Origin: Vitrella brassicaformis CCMP3155
Lineage: Eukaryota; Protista; Chromerida
DNA length: 5,248 nt
Direction: 5' to 3'
Assembly: GCA_001179505.1 (NCBI GenBank)
Contig: CDMY01001043.1
Span: 1 to 5,248, forward strand
Positions within the stretch are counted from its first letter, which is position 1. Every line of letters starts with the position of its first letter. Positions 1 to 5,248 of the stretch are shown here, piece after piece. A model generated the notes under the pieces. The model was given only the letters and a program-made list of their open reading frames with translations. It had not been told where the DNA came from and searched no databases. Both the position numbers and the translations under genes were made by a program.

Positions 1-357
1 AGCTATAGCCTTCCCCCACGGGTGTCCAGGCAATCTCCCTCCTCAGTCGTTCTTCTTGGCTGGAGCGGCTGATGGAAGAGCTTGATGGAGACGACCCGCT
101 TGACGTTACTGTTGATGATGTCCTGCATGAACAACCCGAGTAAGCGACATACAACGCACAACAGAACGTCGTCTTCCTCCTGCACTCACTCACTCACTCA
201 CTCTTCATGTGATGAAAAATCACTCACTCTTCATGTGATGAGAAAAGCCCCACTATCCACTCGGAATGCAAAGGATGTCGGACATGAAAAGGATGGGACG
301 AATCCAATGCGAGGTCTGAACGACCACACAGACATGAACGCAACCCACCTGTGTGTG
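1..357 (+). repeat. Left arm of long inverted repeat (partner 4654-4947); may extend beyond the window's left edge
   Basis: Manual alignment to the reverse complement of 4654-4947: 294 aligned nt with substitutions at left positions 46,65,156,159,245,247,261,300,321,342. The left arm has 30 extra nt (within ~183-241) and 33 extra nt (265-297). The match runs up to base 1. Confidence 0.97.
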
Positions 358-510
358 CGTGGGTACCCTTACTGTGCGGGTGATGTCGATGATGATTGGC
401 AGCTCCGGATATCCGCCTTGGTGTTGGAAAACGTCTCGCACATACAAGATGACCACGTAGAACAGCTTCTCGAAAGGTACACCCACTCTTTCTCGCCTTC
501 ACCGAGATAG
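9..510 (+). pseudogene. Unknown protein gene fragment (copy A) with one frame break at ~141
   Basis: Frame 3 (9-140) reads ...AISLLSRSSWLERLMEELDGDDPLDVTVDDVLHEQPE then TAA (141-143). Frame 1 is open 142-510 (KRHTTHNRT...DHTDMNATHLCVRGYPYCAGDVDDDWQLRISALVLENVSHIQDDHVEQLLERYTHSFSPSPR*). Differences from the right arm in 142-357 are mostly synonymous in frame 1. No family recognised. Confidence 0.45.
183..241. repeat. (CACT)5 microsatellite plus 22-bp direct repeat
   Basis: (CACT)5 at 183-202; TCACTCACTCTTCATGTGATGA at 194-215 and 220-241. The right arm has only (AGTG)4 at 4750-4765 and a single copy of the 22-mer. Confidence 0.9.
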
Positions 511-613
511 CTGGATCCGGGCGGATCCAAAGACGTCAAAGAGAAGGGCCTTCAAGTTCTCCGCTCAGGCGGAAGGCCACCCCCCTTCGGATATGACTAC
601 ATTTCATCACATT

Positions 614-701
614 TCTTCGATTGATATCCATGTCTCCGGTGTATCAATCGGAGACATGGATTTGATATCCATGTCTTCGATTGATATCCAGTCTCCGGTG
701 T
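614..701. repeat. Mosaic of a 19-bp unit (TTGATATCCATGTCTYCGA) in direct and inverted orientation, with a 13-bp perfect hairpin
   Basis: Direct copies start at 621, 662 and 681 (the last lacks one T). An inverted permuted copy lies at 642-661. The stem 626-638/649-661 has a 10-nt loop. 614-642 is repeated at 674-701. Confidence 0.9.
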
Positions 702-866
702 CCACCAATTATCGCTGCACTTCACTCGGATCCAGATGCATTGTTATCCAATCATTTCAATTTCAACGCAGGCACCTTAAGGCTTAGAGCAGACTCCAGC
801 AAACTGATGTCGTTTGTACCGGGAGTTCCAGATCAGTGATTTTTCTGACCATCATAGGGTGGCACA

Positions 867-931
867 TGCATGTCGAGTGGGTGGGTGGGATGGGGAGATA
901 GGCCGTGTGCATGCTTCTATGCATGTGCATG
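867..931. promoter_or_regulatory. Cluster of four TGCATG motifs upstream of bL33m (ApiAP2/TRP-2-like element candidate)
   Basis: TGCATG at 867, 908, 920 and 926, about 265-330 nt upstream of the ATG at 1196. The hexamer also occurs elsewhere in the window (e.g. 124, 1599, 1633), so specificity is low. Confidence 0.3.
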
Positions 932-1195
932 CTGCTAGTTTAGTGCGCGATATGGACAGGATCCCCTTCGGGATTACCGACACGAGTCTCGTTAAACACA
1001 ATAACCAAGCAACCATAGACGTGCCCCGCGTGGCAATAGTGAATCAGTCAACAACTAATTGTCCTCTGTGGGAGAGCTGTTCACCGCTCGCAGCCCGGCT
1101 CGTACCCGTACGGGTCTTGACGTTGACTTGACGAGAGTGAGAGGAGCAACACAGACATACGCTGGTTGACGTGTGTGGTGTACGTGTCGGGGTCA

Positions 1196-1705
1196 ATGTT
1201 CTTTATTACGCCCATCATGTTGCGAAACAAGTCTCGGCGCATCAAGGTCGAGTTGAGGAGTGGCGCTCAGACATCCTTCATCTACCGAACAACAAAGAGT
1301 CCAGCGAAGAAGGCAATGAGGCTGGCGTATCGAAAGCATGACCCTGTTGTCAACAGACATGTGTGAGCAGGGAAGGAAAAGCGAGCGTTGCGGAACACCA
1401 CACGCGCTGCTTTTTCCTGTGTGTGTGTCTGTAGTGTGTTCTACGAGACCAAGCTGCCGACGAGCTCTGCAAAGGGCTTTACCTTCAAGGGTCTTAATCT
1501 CGCGCGCAACACGGGGCAAAACATCGAGGGCCTCATACGTCGCGTCAGGCGAGACTGGGAGCACGGTGCTTACGACAAGTACTTCAATCAGGTGAGAATG
1601 CATGTACGATACGTTCATCTGCTGGTGTTGTATGCATGACGCGTCGCTGTTCAGGCCTATCCGCGACTTGTCGATCACATGGGCCGGGGGCAGAGGACCC
1701 GATGA
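1196..1705 (+). CDS. MRPL33: Mitochondrial ribosomal protein L33 (bL33m) with C-terminal extension; exons 1196-1362, 1435-1591, 1655-1705; 124 aa
   Basis: Splicing at canonical GTGAG...AG sites gives 375 nt in frame: MFFITPIMLRNKSRRIKVELRSGAQTSFIYRTTKSPAKKAMRLAYRKHDPVVNRHVVFYETKLPTSSAKGFTFKGLNLARNTGQNIEGLIRRVRRDWEHGAYDKYFNQAYPRLVDHMGRGQRTR*. Residues ~14-63 match the zinc-free bL33 pattern (I.V.L.S.A.T...Y.T.K......L..RK.DP.V..HV.F.E.K). Mitochondrial rather than plastid targeting is inferred from the short MFF-type N-terminus and lack of a bipartite leader. Confidence 0.9.
1363..1434 (+). other. Intron 1 of bL33m (72 nt, phase 2)
   Basis: GTGAGC donor and TGTCTGTAG acceptor. Removal eliminates the TGA at 1364-1366 and restores RHV-VFYE. 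Confidence 0.9.
1592..1654 (+). other. Intron 2 of bL33m (63 nt, phase 0)
   Basis: CAG|GTGAGA donor and CTGTTCAG acceptor. The downstream exon reads AYPRLVDHMGRGQRTR*. Confidence 0.8.
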
Positions 1706-1932
1706 GTGTTTGCGGGTCACGCCGGGGCGTTTCGTGGCTCGTTTTAACACCGGACAGAACTCCTGTGCAACAAGTAAACCCAGTAGGTGACGTGCATCGC
1801 CACATTCAGACAGCGACCCGCGAAGATGGCGAGGAGGGAGACTCGAGATCGGGGCAAAGCGAGCACAAGACAAGCAGCGAAGCAAACAAGCCGGCCTCCC
1901 GGCATTCCTCGCGCTCTCGTTGTCGCGCCTAC

Positions 1933-2969
1933 ATGACGCTGTGTATTGTGTTTGGCCTCCTGCTTTTGGCCCATTGTAGCCACGCTTGGTTTTGATGGCG
2001 ATTGGTACGATGTTGGCCATGGCTCATTGCAGTGGGGCTGGAGATGCATGCATCCGTTTGACGGTGTTGCAGCTCGCAGCCCTGGGCATGACCATGACCA
2101 ACGGAGTACCACGCCTACAACACCTGTCTGTCTGTACAGGTACGTATCCGTGCATCTCACACGCACCACTATCTATCCGCACATCACTCTCTTGTGTCGG
2201 ATGGCTGCAGTGTGCTTGGTGTACTCTACTGGCATGGCATGAGCCTTGGCTGCCTTCACACCAGGGTCGTAGCCCTTCTCGTTGGTACGGATCTACACCG
2301 CACTTGCTCTCTGGGCCACGACCATGCTCACCACTGGCTTGTGTTGCATCGTATGGTGTTCTTAGGTTGGGTGTGTGATTTGGTTGGTTGGTTGTGACTT
2401 GGGCATACCAGGGGCGTTACTCACTACTGCTGGTACGCACCTACACGCGTGATGCGGACCATCCATCACCTCTCTCTGTGTGGATGGTATGCTGGTGCAG
2501 GGGGTCGTTCATGGTGTGTTCGGTTGACTGGGTTATCACGAGTGTGTCCCCACATACTGCTGGTACGTCTGCCTCACACACATGCCATCACATATGGCTG
2601 ACTCCATCCACCATCTCTCTCTCGCGCTCTGCGTGTGGATGGTGGTGCAGGGTGACGGTACATCTGTGGTGTCGTGTTCGGTTTGTGTCATCGGGGCATC
2701 TTGTGTATGGACCGCTGGTACGCTACTCGCCCCACCCCCTTACACACACATCGCTGTCCATCTCACCTATGGTGTTGTGTGTAGCTGGTGTCATGTGTGT
2801 GGTGTGGTGTGGTGCAGTTCTTGTGTCGTTGACTCTCGATTGGACATCTGCGTATTACCCACTATACGTCTGTGGTGAACTGCGTCACTCACATCCGCAT
2901 TGCGGTCCAGCATACGTTCACCCGGCGACATCACATCTATCACATGGGCGCAGCAAGCTGTTACGCTGA
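1933..2969 (+). pseudogene. Putative 7-exon hydrophobic, Cys-rich membrane-protein gene with three in-frame stops (pseudogene or recoded)
   Basis: Exons 1933-2004, 2073-2139, 2211-2284, 2366-2432, 2501-2562, 2651-2717, 2785-2969 (594 nt) join in one frame: MTLCIVFGLLLLAHCSHAWF*WRLLAALGMTMTNGVPRLQHLSVCTVCLVYSTGMA*ALAAFTPGS*PFSLVGCVIWLVGCDLGIPGALLTTAGGRSWCVRLTGLSRVCPHILLGDGTSVVSCSVCVIGASCVWTAAGVMCVVWCGAVLVSLTLDWTSAYYPLYVCG... The frame is also open upstream of 1933, so the true start may be earlier, and the last exon may be split. Confidence 0.45.
2005..2784 (+). other. Array of six short predicted introns with G|GTACG donors
   Basis: Introns 2005-2072, 2140-2210, 2285-2365, 2433-2500, 2563-2650, 2718-2784 (67-88 nt). 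All begin GTACG after a G and end YAG (four in TGCAG). Donor spacing is 135, 145, 148, 130, 155 nt. Confidence 0.7.
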
Positions 2970-2988
2970 CTGACAAAATACAACTGGG

Positions 2989-3960
2989 ATGCGGCGGCAA
3001 CGGAATCCGACGGCGGGAGCCACCAGGGAGGACCTCCAAGGGCTTGATCAACCTGCGGAGTCTACCCCTCCCCCCCAACCCCTCGCCTCAGCACCCGCAC
3101 GAGGAGCGCATCTGTCCTCCCTCCCACCAGTGCCAGAGAGGCGGCGGCGACTCACCGGCACCCCGCATCACTACGCCAACTCTACAGACTCTCCAGTAAT
3201 CCCTGTTGCGTCGGCACGACCTCTATTCTCTTTCGCAATGGACCTGCGGGACCAACTGGCGCAACGCAACTACTACAGCGAAGACGAGCTACGGCTATTC
3301 ACCGAGTGCCTCACGGAGGTGATAGCGTCAGCGAATCCAGCAGAACAGAGTCATGCAAACGAGGCAACGGCGGGGAGTGGCGACTATGAGGGCACAGGCG
3401 GCCTTCGTCCACTCACCAACACAGACAGCGCGTCGGGTCCATCGCACACGATGCCAGGTGGCGCCCAGAGCCACACGGCAGAACCTGTAGCCCCAAGCCC
3501 CACATACCACCACCCCTCCATCGCTTCAGCTCCGCCCCCACACCCCGCTGAGACCGACGTTTGGTACTCACCCCGCAACAGCCCTTTGACGCCTGCGACG
3601 GCACCAGCACTCCAGTATCCGCCTGCGCAGACGGCGGCGATCCAACGATACCAGCCGTTCGTTCAGGCTGATCCGATGAGGGAGCAAAGGGCAAGAGAGT
3701 CGGTGCGGGAGTCGGTCAGGTGCCCGGGCAGGGAGTTGGTGACCTACCACATGCGGGAGCTGCTGGCAGACCACCAGGCCAAACTCAAGGCCATCGAACG
3801 GCAAATCGAGGAGGCCAGCTGGCAGGCGGGGCCGCCCGGCAGTCGGGCGGAAGGGGAGCGGATGTGGAAGCTCCGCAACCTCGAGGAGCTCGCCGCCATG
3901 GAGCGTCACGAGGAGGGGAGGGTTAGGCGTTCTCTGATGGAGCGGGCGACTGCCCACTAG
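2989..3960 (+). CDS. Hypothetical Pro/Ser-rich protein with C-terminal charged helical/coiled-coil segment (323 aa; alternative start 3238, 240 aa)
   Basis: Longest ORF in the window, with GC-rich third positions in its distal half (e.g. MRELLADHQAKLKAIERQIEEASW...KLRNLEELAAMERHEE). No domain recognised. The frame continues after the TAG to 4263. Confidence 0.55.
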   Translation: MRRQRNPTAGATREDLQGLDQPAESTPPPQPLASAPARGAHLSSLPPVPERRRRLTGTPHHYANSTDSPVIPVASARPLFSFAMDLRDQLAQRNYYSEDELRLFTECLTEVIASANPAEQSHANEATAGSGDYEGTGGLRPLTNTDSASGPSHTMPGGAQSHTAEPVAPSPTYHHPSIASAPPPHPAETDVWYSPRNSPLTPATAPALQYPPAQTAAIQRYQPFVQADPMREQRARESVRESVRCPGRELVTYHMRELLADHQAKLKAIERQIEEASWQAGPPGSRAEGERMWKLRNLEELAAMERHEEGRVRRSLMERATAH

Positions 3961-4263
3961 CAGGAGCGGGCCATGGCGGCCCCAACACAGTGGGCGGGTC
4001 CGCTCGAGATGGGTCAGGGGGGAGGCCTGGTGACGACTCACGCATCTGCTTCGCAGCCCTACGGCCGTGGCGACGAGCAGCATATTGTTATTCAGCCCCC
4101 TGCCCCACCACCGCCATTCGGTCATGGAGTGTCGACACAGCCACCACCGCCGCCCCTGCAGCAACAGGGGAGCGGTGAGGCTGCTGCACAGCCCCGGCGT
4201 GAGAGTGTGGTCGTGTCAGGGAGCCGACCGTCACCAGAGGCGACGGCCGCCGATCGTACCTGA
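3961..4263 (+). other. In-frame coding-like continuation of the 2989-3960 ORF beyond TAG 3958-3960
   Basis: ...GCC CAC TAG CAG GAG CGG GCC ATG... stays open for 100 more codons (QERAMAAPTQW...QPPPPPLQQQ...ADRT*) with similar Pro/Gln composition. Confidence 0.5.
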
Positions 4264-4939
4264 GATCACACTTAACGTAGACCCTGCAGGCCCTCGTGAT
4301 TGACACAGACAAGTGCTTCCTGTCTGGCCAGCCTTCATCGTCCTTCACAAAGTCCAGACGCTTGTCCACCACTTCCTTAACCTCCTTGGCCTCCTCCTGG
4401 CTGGCGAACTTGTACTCTTAACATGTTCGTATCGTCCCAACCGATGCGCCTACGTGTCTGGTCCCTCCAAACAGTGGCCTCACGAATGGCCTCCACACAC
4501 ACAGGTGGGTGGCGTTCATGTCTGTGTGGTCTTCCTTAACCTCCTTGGCCTCCTCCTGGCTGGCGAACTTGTACTCTAACATGTTCGTATCGTCCCAACC
4601 GATGCGCCTACGTGTCTGGTCCCTCCAAACAGTGGCCTCACGAATGGCCTCCACACACACAGGTGGGTGGCGTTCATGTCTGTGTGGTCATTCAGACCTC
4701 GCATTGGATTTGTCCGGGTGGATAGTGGGGTTGTTCTCATCACATGAAGAGTGAGTGAGTGAGTGCAGGAGGAAGACGACGTTCTGTTATGTGTTGTATG
4801 TCGCTTACTCGGGTTGTTCATGCAGGACATCATCAACAGTAACGTCAAGCGGGTCGTCTCCATCAAGCTCTTCCATCAGCCGTTCCAGCCAAGAAGAACG
4901 ATTGAGGAGGGAGATTGCCTGGACACCCGTGGGGGAAGG
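4260..4939 (-). pseudogene. Unknown protein gene fragment (copy B): paralogous N-terminal segment fused to a different, frameshifted, partly duplicated C-terminal segment
   Basis: The minus strand reads ...SLLNRSSWLERLMEELDGDDPLDVTVDDVLHEQPE* / KRHTTHNRT...DHTDMNATHLCV. After a 2-nt shift in the GT run it reads EAIREATVWRDQTRRRIGWDDTNMLEYKFASQEEAKEVKE, and after the duplication VVDKRLDFVKDDEGWPDRKHLSVSITRACRVYVKCDL, with GC3-rich codons. It ends at a CAG|GTACGA donor-like site at 4260/4259. Confidence 0.55.
4372..4688. repeat. Tandem duplication, 159 bp (4372-4530) + 158 bp (4531-4688)
   Basis: The copies appear identical except for one extra T at ~4418-4419 in the first (TACTCTTAAC vs TACTCTAAC). 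There is a 1-nt (C) junction microhomology. Confidence 0.97.
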
Positions 4940-4947
4940 CTATAGCT
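4654..4947 (-). repeat. Right arm of long inverted repeat (partner 1-357)
   Basis: Reverse complement of 1-357 apart from 10 substitutions and two indels. Its inner end overlaps the second copy of the tandem duplication. Confidence 0.97.
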
Positions 4948-5248
4948 GATAGTTCATGTGACCTTTTCATGCACATAACCGCGACGTACAGAGACTTCGT
5001 GCTCTATTGTATAGATGCCAGTGTCTATGGTAGACGAACGAATCGTGTCTTTTTCGAACGTGAATGCAGTGCAGTCACCACGACCAGCGTTCCTTTGTCT
5101 CCTCCTCCTGTGTCAAAACTCTAGCGCAGCCAGCCGTCATCTGAATGGATGGGAGAAGCCGCAGCCTCGAGCTCCCCTTCGAAGTCGATGTGTGTGACGT
5201 GGTGCATTCTTTGGTCAGGAGGGGAGTATCCACCGACATGAAGTTAAC

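Noticed and set aside
82-141. ATG start at 82 (MMETTRLTLLLMMSC...) for the 142-aa ORF, and its mirror at 4866
   Set aside because: This stretch looks like an off-frame read of GAT/GAA-rich codons. Frame 3 gives a far more protein-like acidic sequence, so this start is probably not real.
3-185. 60-aa ORFs MQEEDDVLL... at 3-185 (-) and 4763-4945 (+)
   Set aside because: These are antisense shadows of the repeat. Both substitutions at 46 and 65 are non-synonymous in this frame, and stops lie immediately upstream.
512-590. Helitron 3' terminus (GC-rich hairpins)
   Set aside because: No CTRR terminus at the expected distance after the hairpins, and no matching 5' TC end could be defined.
1193-2020. 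275-aa minus-strand ORF
   Set aside because: It is antisense to the spliced bL33m gene, with no recognisable motifs.
1993-2272. Selenoprotein reading of the in-frame TGA codons
   Set aside because: A TAG is also in frame, there is no CxxU/UxxC redox motif, and no SECIS could be identified by eye.
2005-2784. CRISPR-like repeat-spacer array or snoRNA-hosting introns
   Set aside because: The conserved part is only 6-11 nt and fits splice signals, no cas genes are present, and no C/D box pair or clear H/ACA architecture was seen.
1995-2969. Alternative stop-free spliced model (1995-2004, 2073-2139, 2211-2284, 2412-2432, 2501-2562, 2651-2717, 2785-2969; 161 aa)
   Set aside because: It needs an atypically long 127-nt intron that skips the good acceptor at 2365, breaks the regular exon sizes and gives a less coherent N-terminus. 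It is not excluded without RNA-seq.
3568-4164. 198-aa minus-strand ORF
   Set aside because: It is an antisense shadow of the GC-rich plus-strand frame.
1-4947. Autonomous DIRS/tyrosine-recombinase retrotransposon, Polinton or DDE transposon
   Set aside because: No RT, RNase H, tyrosine recombinase, DDE transposase, DNA polymerase B or capsid motifs were seen in any frame or spliced model.
4948-5248. Coding-like minus-strand pieces (HIDFEGELEAAASPIHSDDGWLR*SFDTGGGDKGTLVVV; AFTFEKDTIRSSTIDTGIYTIEHEV)
   Set aside because: They lie in different frames with stops and no recognisable family. They may be the degenerate upstream part of copy B, but this cannot be supported from this window.

Overview
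Eukaryotic nuclear DNA with short GT-AG introns (63-88 nt, GTGAG/GTACG donors). The intron style and the extended bL33 protein suggest an alveolate/chromerid-like protist (inference only). The one confidently recognisable gene is a 3-exon mitochondrial ribosomal protein bL33m (1196-1362, 1435-1591, 1655-1705; 124 aa), which the unspliced ORF track misses. The window is bracketed by a long inverted repeat (1-357 vs 4654-4947, 10 substitutions in 294 aligned nt, two frame-preserving indels). Its arms behave like two convergent paralogous copies of an unknown coding segment that switch to unrelated C-termini at a GT microsatellite. Also inside: a 19-bp-unit hairpin mosaic (614-701); a 7-exon hydrophobic membrane-protein-like gene (1933-2969) with consistent splice phases, three in-frame stops and hairpin-containing introns at ~140-bp period; a Pro-rich/coiled-coil ORF (2989-3960) that continues in frame past one TAG to 4263; and a frameshifted minus-strand fragment with a 158/159-bp tandem duplication. 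No transposase, rRNA, tRNA or CRISPR array was recognised.
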